Notes: a model not told the origin generated them from the sequence alone. Numbered from the stretch's first letter, positions 1 through 8,524 are shown. The stretch is DNA of 57,147 bases from Gemmatimonadaceae bacterium (GCA_036565685.1 DATCXR010000040.1:1-57147), one strand, 5' to 3'. A program made the numbers and translations.

Positions 1-360
1 ATCTATCAGCTCGTCGCTCGCCGCATGCTCGAGCCGCTCGGCCTCATCGTGAACTCTATCCCACGCGTAGCCGAGTGCGTGCATCAGGTAGGCCTCGATC
101 ACGCGGTGTCGGCGGATGGTGCGCAGCGCTACCCGCCGCCCGGACTCGGTGAGCCGCACGCCTCGGTAGCGCTCGTGCTCGAGCAACCCCTGATCCGCCA
201 GCCGCCTCACCATCCCGCTCACCGACGCCGGCGCGATGGAGAGCTGCTGCGCGATATCGTTGGTAGCCGCAGCATTCCCCCGGCGCTCTATCTCGTAGAT
301 CACCTTGAGGTAGTCTTCCACCGGCGCCGTGTAGTCGCCCGTCACCCGTCCGGTCATCAT
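1..360 (-). CDS. mntR: DtxR/MntR-family metal-dependent transcriptional repressor (C-terminal part cut off by window edge)
   Basis: Absent from the ORF track because it runs off the left edge. Hand translation of the minus strand from ATG at 360 gives MMTGRVTGDYTAPVEDYLKVIYEIERRGNAAATNDIAQQLSIAPASVSGMVRRLADQGLLEHERYRGVRLTESGRRVALRTIRRHRVIEAYLMHALGYAWDRVHDEAERLEH..., a typical DtxR-type winged-helix N-domain. ATGA overlap with the usp stop; same strand as mntH. Confidence 0.8.
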   Translation of the reverse strand, partial: MMTGRVTGDYTAPVEDYLKVIYEIERRGNAAATNDIAQQLSIAPASVSGMVRRLADQGLLEHERYRGVRLTESGRRVALRTIRRHRVIEAYLMHALGYAWDRVHDEAERLEHAASDELID

Positions 361-818
361 CGCGACGGCCCCCTCGGTGCACTGGTCTCGCTGCTCTTCG
401 TTCCCCGCACCATCAGCACGGGAACCATCGATCGGTGACGCACGGACTCGGCCACACTGCCGTACACGAGATCGGAAAAGAAGCGGTGGCCGTGCGTGGA
501 CATGGCGATGAGATCGCACCTCTCCCGCTCCGCTGCCGCCGTGATCTCGTGCGCCGGGTCGCCGCTGGCGAGAATCGCATCCACCTGAAGCCCGTCCGCC
601 TCCAGCTCCGCCGCCACGCGATCCAGGTACTCGCGGTCCACGCGCATCTCCTCACTCTCGCGCAGATGCAGATCGTCGAAGTAGCGCGCGGCCCAGCCGT
701 CGGCAACGTGGATGAGGATCAGCGACGCATGACACACCCGCGACAACCTGGCCACATGCTCCAGTATCGCGGCGTCGTACGGTGAGTGCTCGAGCGGGAC
801 CAGGATGCGCTTGTACAC
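357..818 (-). CDS. universal stress protein (UspA family)
   Basis: 153-aa ORF with MYKRILVPLEHSPYDAAILEHV...LILIHV...DLIAMSTHGHRFFSDLVYGSVAESVRHRSMVPVLMV, the Usp alpha/beta fold signature. Lies 12 nt downstream of mntH and overlaps the mntR start by 4 nt. Confidence 0.85.
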   Translation of the reverse strand: MYKRILVPLEHSPYDAAILEHVARLSRVCHASLILIHVADGWAARYFDDLHLRESEEMRVDREYLDRVAAELEADGLQVDAILASGDPAHEITAAAERERCDLIAMSTHGHRFFSDLVYGSVAESVRHRSMVPVLMVRGTKSSETSAPRGPSR

Positions 819-830
819 TTCAGCTCTTCA

Positions 831-2210
831 TCAGGTGACGAAGCCGAGCAGGAGCCATACGTTGAGGCCGGCGATGAGAAATGCGATCAGATACGCGAGC
901 ACCGCCAGCCAGCGCGGATTGACGAACTCTCCCATCTTCGCGCGGTCGGAAGTGAAGCGGACCAGCGGAAAGACGGCGAAGGAAAGCTGCATGCTCAGGA
1001 TCACCTGGCTCAAGACCAGCAGCTTCGCGGTCCCGCTCTCACCATACACTATAGCCACTATCGCCGCAGGCACCACAGCCACGAGACGGGTGATCAGTCT
1101 GCGAACCCACGGGCGTATCCGCAGGTTGAGAAAGCCCTCCATCACGATCTGGCCGGCAAGCGTCCCGGTGAGCGTGGAATTCTGCCCCGAAGCGAGAAGC
1201 GCCAGCGCAAATACCGCGCTCGCCCCGGTCACGCCGAGCAGTGGCGTAAGGAGCCGATAAGCATCCTGGATCTCCGCCACTTCGTGCAACCCGGCCCTGT
1301 GGAACGTGGCGGCGGCCACTATCAATATCGCCGCGTTGATGAAGAGCGCGAAAGTCAACGCGACGGTGGAATCGATGAATGCGAAGCGCACGGCCTCGCG
1401 CTTTCCTTCGGCGTCCTCCGCGTAGCGCCGAGTCTGCACGATGGACGAGTGCAGGTAGAGATTGTGGGGCATCACCGTGGCGCCCAGAATGCCGAGGGAG
1501 ATGTAGAGCATCCCGGGGTTGTGCACGATCTCCGGCGAGGGGACGAAGCCGGCCACGACGCCGCCCCAGTCGGGGTTGGAAACCACCAGTTCGAAGAGGA
1601 AGCAGAGCCCGACTGTCGCGATGAGCGTGATCACGAGCGCCTCGAGCAGCCGGAACCCCTTGTGCTGCAGGAAGAGCACTATGAGCACGTCGAGCGTGGT
1701 GATCATCACGCCGACCGCGACCGGGATCCCGAAGAGCAGGTTGAGCGCGATGGCCGATCCGATCACCTCGGCGAGATCGCACGCGGCGATGGCGAGCTCG
1801 CAGATGAACCAGAGGAAGTACGCCACCGGCTTCGAGTAGTGATCGCGGCATGCCTGAGCCAGATCGCGACCGGTGACGATGCCGAGCTTGGAAGAGAGTC
1901 CCTGCAGCAGTACGGCCATCAGATTGGCGAGCAGGATGACGCTGAGGAGCCGGTAGCCGAAGGCGGAGCCGCCCGCGAGATCTGTGGCCCAGTTGCCGGG
2001 ATCCATGTATCCCACCGCCACCATGTAACCCGGGCCCGCGAAGGCCAGGAGCTTGCGCCACCAGTTTCCCCCGCTCACCGGGACGGATCGGTACGACTCG
2101 GCGAGGCTAGGGGTCAATCTGGGGCGGCGCCAACCGATTTCTGGCGTCGTGGAGCTAGCCACGCGCCGTGGCGGCACGGGATCGCTATCGCGGACTCGCT
2201 TGGCCGACAT
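831..2210 (-). CDS. mntH: Nramp-family divalent metal (Mn2+/Fe2+) transporter
   Basis: 459-aa ORF, polytopic, with Nramp signature [26 protein letters not shown] and [10 protein letters not shown]. Confidence 0.95.
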   Translation of the reverse strand: MSAKRVRDSDPVPPRRVASSTTPEIGWRRPRLTPSLAESYRSVPVSGGNWWRKLLAFAGPGYMVAVGYMDPGNWATDLAGGSAFGYRLLSVILLANLMAVLLQGLSSKLGIVTGRDLAQACRDHYSKPVAYFLWFICELAIAACDLAEVIGSAIALNLLFGIPVAVGVMITTLDVLIVLFLQHKGFRLLEALVITLIATVGLCFLFELVVSNPDWGGVVAGFVPSPEIVHNPGMLYISLGILGATVMPHNLYLHSSIVQTRRYAEDAEGKREAVRFAFIDSTVALTFALFINAAILIVAAATFHRAGLHEVAEIQDAYRLLTPLLGVTGASAVFALALLASGQNSTLTGTLAGQIVMEGFLNLRIRPWVRRLITRLVAVVPAAIVAIVYGESGTAKLLVLSQVILSMQLSFAVFPLVRFTSDRAKMGEFVNPRWLAVLAYLIAFLIAGLNVWLLLGFVT

Positions 2211-2238
2211 CTCGAGAGGGAGGGGTTCGATTAATGGG

Positions 2239-2298
2239 TGGAGCTATTTAAGCAGAGCTATTTGGGCAGAGCTATTTCGATTTTTAGGCAGGGCTAAA
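2239..2298. promoter_or_regulatory. AT-rich divergent control region: three 14-bp tandem repeats (GAGCTATTT cores) followed by dyad TTTAGGCAGGGCTAAA
   Basis: GAGCTATTT occurs at 2241, 2255 and 2269 (14-bp period). TTTAG...CTAAA dyad at 2283-2298. Lies 30-90 nt upstream of mntH (minus) and about 80 nt upstream of the plus-strand gene at 2379. The dyad loosely resembles DtxR-family TTAGG...CCTAA boxes. Its function is inferred only. Confidence 0.35.
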
Positions 2299-2378
2299 TA
2301 TGTGCGCCGCACCGGGGGCCGCACAAGGGGATGGCGCCCTTCGTGCGACCGGAGTCGCGGCTCACGATGGAGGAGCCA

Positions 2379-2879
2379 ATGAGCGGAAGAAGCGAGACGA
2401 TCGGAGTACTGCTGGACGGCGCGGTGGCCGGAGCGGCCGCCACCTGGCTCATGGGGAAGGTGACGACCTATCTTTACGAGAAGGAGAATCCCCGCGCACG
2501 CGAGCGTGAAGAGCGCGTGCGCCAGGGTAAGAGCTCCTACGGAGTCGCCGCGGAGAAGGCGGCCGGACTGGTGGGAGAGTCGCTCTCCGGCGAGCAGCGA
2601 AAGCGCTACGGGACGCGCCTCCATTGGGCGCTGGGTGCAGGAGCGGGCGCGGCGTACGCCCTCCTCCGGGATCGTCTGCCGGCCGCTGCCACGGCGGGTG
2701 GGCTCCTCTTCGGAACCGCCTTCTTCCTGCTGATGGACGAGGGGCTCGTCTACGCCCTCGGGCTCACGCCGGGGCCGAGCAACTTCCCATGGCAGAGCCA
2801 CGCGCGCGGCCTGGCAGGGCACCTGGCGTACGGTGCCGCTACCGAGCGCGCCCTCACGCTGATCGAGGGCGCCGCCTGA
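2379..2879 (+). CDS. small integral membrane protein (DUF1440/YagU-like, tentative)
   Basis: In frame with track ORF 2331..2879. I prefer ATG 2379 because GGAGG lies 7 nt upstream. Four hydrophobic segments; the family assignment is from memory of DUF1440-like sequences and is tentative. Confidence 0.6.
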   Translation: MSGRSETIGVLLDGAVAGAAATWLMGKVTTYLYEKENPRAREREERVRQGKSSYGVAAEKAAGLVGESLSGEQRKRYGTRLHWALGAGAGAAYALLRDRLPAAATAGGLLFGTAFFLLMDEGLVYALGLTPGPSNFPWQSHARGLAGHLAYGAATERALTLIEGAA

Positions 2880-2882
2880 CGC

Positions 2883-4277
2883 TCACCGGCGCGGCCGGCG
2901 ACGCTTGCGAGAGGGAGCCGAGGACGCCTGCGTGCCGTTGGAATTACGAGAGGCGCGGGGGGCCTCGCGGCTGGTGCGCTGCGCCTCGCGTCCGGCGCGC
3001 GAGTCCTGCCGTCCCCCTCGCGGATTGCGCGCTGCCTCCTGCGCCGCACGCCGTTCCGCCTTGGCGGCGGCACGAGCGCGATCCTCCGCCTTCTTCGCTC
3101 GGATCGCGGCGATGCGCTCGGCCAGTGGGATCTCGAGCCGCATCGCAGGGCGGGCGTCGTAGTCGAAGTCGGGCACCGTCACGCGCGGGAGCCGCTTCCC
3201 CACCGCGCGCTCGATCGCCCGCAGCTCGTTCTGCTCCTCGGGAGCCGCGAAGGTGAACGCGTCGCCCGTGGCCTCGGCGCGTCCCGTGCGGCCTACGCGA
3301 TGGATGTAGTCTTCGGGAGCGGTGGGTACGTCGAAGTTCACCACGTGGCCGAGCTCCTCCACGTCTATCCCGCGCGCGGCGATGTCGGTGGCCACGAGCA
3401 CCGGGAACTCGCCGCTCTTGAACCCCGCCAGCGCAGCCGTGCGCTGCGCCTGCGAGCGGTTGCCGTGGATCCGCTCCGCCTTGATCCCGTTCTTCGAGAG
3501 AAACTCGGTGAGACGGTTGGCGCGATGTTTGGTACGCGTGAACACGAGCGCCTGCTTGATCTCTCCGCGCCTCAACAGAGCGAGGAAGAGGGCCGCTTTC
3601 AGCTCCTGCTGTACCGGATACACCGCCTGCGTTATCCCCACCGCGGGCTTCGATGCGCGGTCGATCTGGATCATCGCCGGATCGTGGAGCATCTCGCGCG
3701 TGAGCGCCACTATGGGTGCGGGCATCGTCGCGCTGAAGAAGAGCGTTTGACGCTCCTGTGGAAGACGCCGGAGAATCTTCCGGATCTCGGGGAGGAAGCC
3801 CATATCGAGCATCCGGTCCGCCTCATCGAGCACCAGGTACTCCAGCGAATCGAAGCTCGCATAGGGGAGCTTCATGTGATCGAGGAGCCGGCCCGGTGTG
3901 GCGATGATGATGTCGACCCCACTCCGCAGGGCATGCTCCTGCGGCCCCGCCCCCACTCCACCGAAGACCGCCGCCCCGGTGATCGGCGTGTGCACGGTCA
4001 GGTCGTTCAGGTGCTCGAGCACCTGCGCCGCCAGCTCGCGAGTCGGCACCAGCACGAGCGCGCGCGTGACCCCGCGCGGCAGCTCCATGAGATGATTCAC
4101 GATCGGGAGGAGGAAGGCGGCGGTCTTGCCGCTGCCCGTCATGGCGCACGCGAGTACGTCGCGCCCTTCGAGCGCCGGGGGAATGGCGTCGTTCTGGATG
4201 GGAGTGGGGCGTGCGAAGCCCAGCTCCTTCAGCGCCTTGAGGAGACTTGGATGAAGATCGAGAGAGTTGAAAGACAC
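2883..4277 (-). CDS. rhlE: DEAD-box ATP-dependent RNA helicase with basic C-terminal tail
   Basis: 464 aa. Q-motif region FARPTPIQ, Walker A AMTGSGKTAAF, DEAD box VLDEADRMLDMGF, SAT, HRVGRTGRAE. Arg/Ala-rich tail typical of RhlE-like proteins. Confidence 0.95.
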   Translation of the reverse strand: MSFNSLDLHPSLLKALKELGFARPTPIQNDAIPPALEGRDVLACAMTGSGKTAAFLLPIVNHLMELPRGVTRALVLVPTRELAAQVLEHLNDLTVHTPITGAAVFGGVGAGPQEHALRSGVDIIIATPGRLLDHMKLPYASFDSLEYLVLDEADRMLDMGFLPEIRKILRRLPQERQTLFFSATMPAPIVALTREMLHDPAMIQIDRASKPAVGITQAVYPVQQELKAALFLALLRRGEIKQALVFTRTKHRANRLTEFLSKNGIKAERIHGNRSQAQRTAALAGFKSGEFPVLVATDIAARGIDVEELGHVVNFDVPTAPEDYIHRVGRTGRAEATGDAFTFAAPEEQNELRAIERAVGKRLPRVTVPDFDYDARPAMRLEIPLAERIAAIRAKKAEDRARAAAKAERRAAQEAARNPRGGRQDSRAGREAQRTSREAPRASRNSNGTQASSAPSRKRRRPRR

Positions 4278-4438
4278 TCGTTACCTTGATGCGGAGCGGA
4301 ACAACATCGACTTGAGCGCGGTAGCACCCGTCGCGAAGCGAGACGCAATCTAATCTCCAACGGCCACTCGCACCGGCGCGTATTTCTGAGGTGCGAAGGC
4401 CAGTATGAGTCCATCACCGGTCCGACCGTACCAACCGC

Positions 4439-5170
4439 ATGGAGGCATCCGTGGATCTGAACGGCACAGCGAAGAGGATCGCTGTACTTGCATCACTGGG
4501 GGCGGCTGGCGCCGCGATAGCCGGCCTTGCCAACGCTGGAGAGAGCGCGCAGGCCGCCGTAGTGAGCGCCGCGACTCTCTCATCTTCGTCGGGCCTCGCG
4601 GTCCCTGCGGCCGTTCCCCTGCTGAAGTCGCAGCATTACGTCGTCGCCCCGGCGGGGAATGAAGCGCGCTACTTCGCGCGCGAGCAGCTGGCCGGCGTGA
4701 GCTTCCCCAACGACGCGATAGGTGTCACGAAGGGGATCACCGGCGCGGTCGTGATCGACGACGCCGGGAAGCTCGTCCCCGCCGAGTCGAAGATCCTGGT
4801 AGACGTGACCCAGCTGAAAAGCGACCGCGATCGGCGCGACGGCTACGTCCAGCGGCGCACGCTGGAGACGGAGAAGTACCCCAGTGTCACGCTCGTCCCG
4901 AAGGAGATCACCGGCCTCACCGCGCCGCTCCCCGATTCGGGCCGCGCGAGCTTCCAGCTCCTGGGCGACCTCACCGTGAAGGGAGTCACCCGCCCCACCA
5001 CCTGGCAGGTCAACGCCCGCTTCCGCGGTGACACAGTCTCCGGCACCGCGAGCACCAGCTTCACCTTCGCCGACTTCCAGATGGACAAGCCCAGTGTGTC
5101 CGTCGTCCTGAGTGTACAGGACACCCTGCATCTCCAGTACGACTTCAGGTTGGTGCCGGCGGGGAGGTGA
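4439..5170 (+). CDS. YceI-like (polyisoprenoid-binding) periplasmic protein
   Basis: 243 aa with N-terminal signal-like segment. YceI-type motifs ...LKSDRDRRDGYVQRRTLETEKYPSVTL...LGDLTVKGVTRPTTWQV.... Confidence 0.8.
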   Translation: MEASVDLNGTAKRIAVLASLGAAGAAIAGLANAGESAQAAVVSAATLSSSSGLAVPAAVPLLKSQHYVVAPAGNEARYFAREQLAGVSFPNDAIGVTKGITGAVVIDDAGKLVPAESKILVDVTQLKSDRDRRDGYVQRRTLETEKYPSVTLVPKEITGLTAPLPDSGRASFQLLGDLTVKGVTRPTTWQVNARFRGDTVSGTASTSFTFADFQMDKPSVSVVLSVQDTLHLQYDFRLVPAGR

Positions 5171-5405
5171 GGAGAGAGAGGGAAGAAAACAGGAAACAGA
5201 AAACAGAAAGCAGGAAACAGGAAACGGGAAACGGGGAACGGGAAACTGCCTCGGGGTAGAGAGCTCTACAGCCTTGAGCACGTACCTGTCTCCTGTCTCC
5301 TGTCTCCTGTTTCCTGTCTGCTGATTCCTGTCTTCTGATTCCTGTCTTCTGATTCCTGCTTCCTGTTCCCTGTTCGCTTACCGTTCCTGCTTTCCTGCTT
5401 TCTCC
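5171..5405. repeat. Composite inverted repeat of heptanucleotide tandem repeats, (GGAAACA)n - about 38-bp core - (CTGTYTC)n; copy 1
   Basis: Left arm 5171-5247 has about 9 GGAAACA-like heptads. Core 5248-5285 is CTGCCTCGGGGTAGAGAGCTCTACAGCCTTGAGCACGTAC. Right arm 5286-5405 has 13+ complementary CTGTCTC/CTGATTC heptads. The element fills exactly the gap between the convergent stops of yceI-like (5170) and the small membrane ORF (5406). Second copy at 42499-42600. Confidence 0.85.
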
Positions 5406-5594
5406 CTATTCCGTCCTCCTCAGCCTCCGCACCAGCCAGACCACCGCGACCACGGGGAGGACGATGAAGACGAGGAACTTGAGGGCGTAGATCGCGAAGA
5501 GACCCATGACGATCAGGAGGATGATCGGGAAGCCGAGTATCGCCATCGTGAGGAGAGGGCGGAGGGCGAAGAGGCGAAGAAGGGCAGCGATCAT
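5406..5594 (-). CDS. small hydrophobic protein (2 predicted TM helices), hypothetical
   Basis: 62-aa ORF MIAALLRLFALRPLLTMAILGFPIILLIVMGLFAIYALKFLVFIVLPVVAVVWLVRRLRRTE. Membrane-like composition with a basic C-terminus. No family recognised. Confidence 0.45.
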   Translation of the reverse strand: MIAALLRLFALRPLLTMAILGFPIILLIVMGLFAIYALKFLVFIVLPVVAVVWLVRRLRRTE

Positions 5595-5653
5595 CTATGG
5601 CTCCGAGTGAGTGTCCGATAACACTACGTCGGGGGAGGGGGAGGAAGTTTCCA

Positions 5654-5691
5654 GCGAGCGGCCGGCTGAATGGATTCAGCCGGCCGCTCGC
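5654..5691 (-). terminator. 17-bp perfect-stem hairpin downstream of the DinB-family gene
   Basis: GCGAGCGGCCGGCTGAA-tgga-TTCAGCCGGCCGCTCGC, 15 nt after the stop at 5706. No clear U-tract, so its terminator function is inferred. Confidence 0.5.
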
Positions 5692-5705
5692 TCCGGAAGC
5701 TCCGG

Positions 5706-6242
5706 TCAGCGACGCGGCTGACTCGAGGGAGGCACCATACCATTGATTCGCATGTACGTCACGATGTTTCCGTAGTGCTCGTTGTCGTGCGTGGCGTTTA
5801 TCAGCAGCACATCGAGTTTCGACATCTGCTGGCCGAACATCTTCACTTTCCCCTGTGCCTGGAGGTCGGTCTGCGCATAGGCGCGGGTGCAGTACTCCGA
5901 CGACTTCTTTAGCGCCTCCACCAGGTCGGCCTTGCTCTTCGCGCTCTTCTCGACTTCATCCTCTGCTGGCTGCGGATCGCCGAGCGCGGCGGCGCAGAAC
6001 ATGTTCTGCGATCCGGCTACATGACCGATGAGCTCACCGAAGCTGCGCACCTCGGGAGTGGGCTTGAAATCGTACGCCGAATCGGGGAACTGCTCTGCCG
6101 CCGCCTGCAGGTAGTTGGCCACGCCCTTCCAGGCATTGCCGGCGGCCGAGACGGCGAAGTTGGTGGTCGGCGGGTCGTCAGGCGCCTGCGCCGACAACGG
6201 CGCTGCACAGAGGACCGTGAGGACAAGCGCGATGCGATACAT
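5706..6242 (-). CDS. DinB-family (four-helix-bundle metalloenzyme-like) secreted protein
   Basis: 178 aa. Signal peptide MYRIALVLTVLCAAPLSAQA. DinB His triad context ...LIGHVAGSQNMF...THDNEHYGNIVTYMRINGMVPP. Confidence 0.85.
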   Translation of the reverse strand: MYRIALVLTVLCAAPLSAQAPDDPPTTNFAVSAAGNAWKGVANYLQAAAEQFPDSAYDFKPTPEVRSFGELIGHVAGSQNMFCAAALGDPQPAEDEVEKSAKSKADLVEALKKSSEYCTRAYAQTDLQAQGKVKMFGQQMSKLDVLLINATHDNEHYGNIVTYMRINGMVPPSSQPRR

Positions 6243-6394
6243 GGTGCCCGGCTCCTGTCAGGTGGTTGGCACGAGCGTTCCGGGCGGACGCAGGCGCGTC
6301 GCCGGAGACACGTGGGCCCGCGCACACTTCACCGTGCGCGGGCCCCACAAGTATTAACCCGGACCCGAGGGGGACGCCACTAACGGGGCGCCGC

Positions 6395-6447
6395 GTTAGG
6401 CCGGTCAGCCTAACGTACCGCTGGGACGTTAGGCTGGTCGGCCTAAT
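6395..6447. repeat. Two tandem GTTAGGC-N6-GCCTAAC palindromes (REP-like)
   Basis: GTTAGGCcggtcaGCCTAAC at 6395-6414 and GTTAGGCtggtcgGCCTAAt at 6428-6447. The second overlaps the blaR1-like stop codon (6443-6445). Related copies at 8975-9002 and 9087-9115. Confidence 0.65.
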
Positions 6448-8035
6448 GCTTCTTCGGCCCGCTTCGCGTGGTTATCCGAATAACCCCGTTCGCTGCGGCT
6501 GAGTCCGCATAGAGCTTCCGCGCCGCTTCACCCTTCACTACCTCGACGCTCACAATCTGGTCGGGTGGGATGTTGACGAGCTCTTTGTTGTCCACGCGAA
6601 CGCCGTTGAGCAGAAGCACGCCGTCGAAAGGCTTCTTGTCCCGTAGCGTGACCTTCCCCTGTAGCCTCTCGCCCACCTCCAGTGTGTCGGATACGCGTGT
6701 CCGGATGTGCACCACTCCCGCTTCGCTGCCGCCACCGAGCGTATCGCGCCGAACCACGGTGAATTCCGCTGGCGCGCCACCCGTGCGCGTCCGCATGCCC
6801 ACGACCCCGAGCGAGTCGGCCGCTCGCTTGGTCAGGATGTGCACCTCGCCGCTCCCCGGCTCGCTGCCGCCGTCCACGGAGACCTTCTTCTTCATCACCT
6901 CGATCGATGCGATGTCTTCAGGCGCGAGCGCGTGCGCCTCCGCCGCGCTTGCCCTGCGGCCATCGATGGTGTAAACCATCGAGCTGTCGCCGCTACCCAG
7001 GAAGACGAAACGCTTCGCCGCCCCTTCCGCAGAGGCGACGTCCATCGACTTCACCTCCTCCGAGGTGGGCAACTCCGCGTCGCAGGCAAGCGCGAGAAGC
7101 GCCACCGAGCACGCCGCGAGAGCGCACGCAAGGCCACGAGCGAATTTCGGACGATGTGAAGTCATGGCGACCAGCCTCCTTTCGAGGTGTGAGGAACCAT
7201 CTGCCAGCGCCGGCGCGCCGATGCGCATGCCGCTGGAACAGCGGCCGGCGAGCTCTATGAGAAGTGCGCCGTAGCTGCGTGGAGCGATGCCGCTCCGCAC
7301 GATCCGATCGTCGCAATCGAGCTCCACGGCGAGACGAAGACGCGAGAGCATCCACCACATCGCGGGGTGCCAGGCGACCAGCGCCGCCACCGCACACGCG
7401 ACGGTGAGAAGAAGGGGATCGCGCGCGCGCAGATGCTCCACTTCGTGAGCGATGACCATGCGCTGCTCCGCATCGCTCCGCTCGAGTAACCAGCGTGGAA
7501 CGACTATCTCGGGACGCGCGAAGCCGACGACCGCCGGACCCGCATTCGGAGCGAGCCGTACCCGCGCCCCGTGAAGCTCGGCCACCGGCCATGCGCGTCT
7601 CGCCCGCCGCAGGCGGCCGTGTACGGCGAAGAACACCACGAATGCGGCTGCGCTGAGGGATACCCAGAGCAGCACCAGACCGCGCGCGATGGACGCCGGT
7701 ACCACCCGCGACGCGGTCACGAAGCCGTGGGAGATGGCGCTTTCCAGCATGCCGCGGGCGCGGCGCAGCGAACCGGTAAGGTGGTCTACCACCGTCTGAC
7801 GCGGCGCTTCGACGGAAGCCGAGGTCGCATCAATATGCAGCGGGAGCACGACCGACTCGACTCGCGAGTCGCGCTGCGGTGCGAGAGCGATCAGAGCGGC
7901 GGTGACCGCCATGGCGCCCACCCATACCCAGCGCGACGGCCGAGCCGCGAGCCGACAGACTCCATCGAGCGTGTACGCGGCCAGCGCGACCAGAGCGCCG
8001 ACAAGGAGCGCGTACGCCATCCACGCGGTCGTCAT
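6443..8035 (-). CDS. BlaR1/MecR1-like M56 peptidase signal transducer with two C-terminal TonB-receptor-plug-like modules
   Basis: 530 aa with N-terminal TM helices. M56 zinc motif MVIAHEVEHLRARD. The C-terminal half has two similar segments (...IDGRRASAAEAHALAPEDIASIEVMKK... and ...LNGVRVDNKELVNIPPDQIVSVEVVKGEAARKLYADSAAANGVIRITTR) instead of a penicillin-binding sensor. 4-nt overlap with blaI-like. Confidence 0.9.
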   Translation of the reverse strand: MTTAWMAYALLVGALVALAAYTLDGVCRLAARPSRWVWVGAMAVTAALIALAPQRDSRVESVVLPLHIDATSASVEAPRQTVVDHLTGSLRRARGMLESAISHGFVTASRVVPASIARGLVLLWVSLSAAAFVVFFAVHGRLRRARRAWPVAELHGARVRLAPNAGPAVVGFARPEIVVPRWLLERSDAEQRMVIAHEVEHLRARDPLLLTVACAVAALVAWHPAMWWMLSRLRLAVELDCDDRIVRSGIAPRSYGALLIELAGRCSSGMRIGAPALADGSSHLERRLVAMTSHRPKFARGLACALAACSVALLALACDAELPTSEEVKSMDVASAEGAAKRFVFLGSGDSSMVYTIDGRRASAAEAHALAPEDIASIEVMKKKVSVDGGSEPGSGEVHILTKRAADSLGVVGMRTRTGGAPAEFTVVRRDTLGGGSEAGVVHIRTRVSDTLEVGERLQGKVTLRDKKPFDGVLLLNGVRVDNKELVNIPPDQIVSVEVVKGEAARKLYADSAAANGVIRITTRSGPKKH

Positions 8036-8406
8036 TTCTCCTCCTTCAGCCGCTCCGCGAGCAGCCGCCGCATCCGCTCCAGCTCCATTCTGCTCAGCCC
8101 GCGGTCGGAGACGAGCTGCGCGAACATGCGCTCCGCCGAACCCTGGAAGACCGCGTCGCGGATGCGTGCGAGCGCGCTCTTGCCCGCCCGCTCCGCGTTC
8201 ACGGTCGGGTAGTAGCGGTACGCCCTCCCCTCCGCTTCGTGACGCACGTAGCCCTTCTCCTCGAGCGTCTGGAGCGCGGAGAGGACGGAAGTGTAGGCCA
8301 GCTCCTCGGACAGCTCATCGCGTACCTCCGACACGCTTCCCGAGCCGAGCCGCCAGAGGATGCTCATCACTTCGAGCTCACGCGGTGGGAAGTAGATCTC
8401 GTCCAT
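8032..8406 (-). CDS. BlaI/MecI/CopY-family transcriptional repressor
   Basis: 124 aa: ...ELEVMSILWRLGSGSVSEVRDELSEELAYTSVLSALQTLEEKGYVRHEAEGRAYRYYP..., a winged-helix penicillinase-repressor fold. Confidence 0.9.
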   Translation of the reverse strand: MDEIYFPPRELEVMSILWRLGSGSVSEVRDELSEELAYTSVLSALQTLEEKGYVRHEAEGRAYRYYPTVNAERAGKSALARIRDAVFQGSAERMFAQLVSDRGLSRMELERMRRLLAERLKEEK

Positions 8407-8478
8407 CCCTCATCTCCCGTTTCGCCGTTGGCCGCCCAGCGCGCCCGGTGCCTGGACGGCGCGCCGCACGGAGCATTG

Positions 8479-8524
8479 ACTACGGATCTTTCAGTAGTAT
8501 ACGAGTCGAGGTTCTTCCTGTCAA
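8479..8524 (-). promoter_or_regulatory. Sigma70-like promoter (TTGACA-17-TATACT) overlapping an ACTAC-N11-GTAGT dyad, upstream of blaI/blaR1-like operon
   Basis: On the minus strand: TTGACA (8524-8519), a 17-nt spacer, TATACT (8501-8496). Dyad ACTACggatctttcaGTAGT at 8479-8498 overlaps the -10, as expected for a repressor operator. About 80 nt upstream of the blaI-like ATG (8406). Confidence 0.55.

Noticed and set aside
786-2234. 482-aa plus-strand ORF (and other ORFs 1039..2061, 805..1260) covering the mntH locus
   Set aside because: It is antisense or in an alternative frame to an unambiguous Nramp transporter. Its composition is Arg/His/Glu/Asp-rich and low in complexity, typical of high-G+C shadow ORFs, and it has no recognisable motif.
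5112-5324. 70-aa ORF (…GRKQETENRKQETGNGKRGTGN…) and the tail of ORF 4580..5281
   Set aside because: They are produced by reading through the GGAAACA heptad repeats, giving periodic low-complexity peptides that are not coding.
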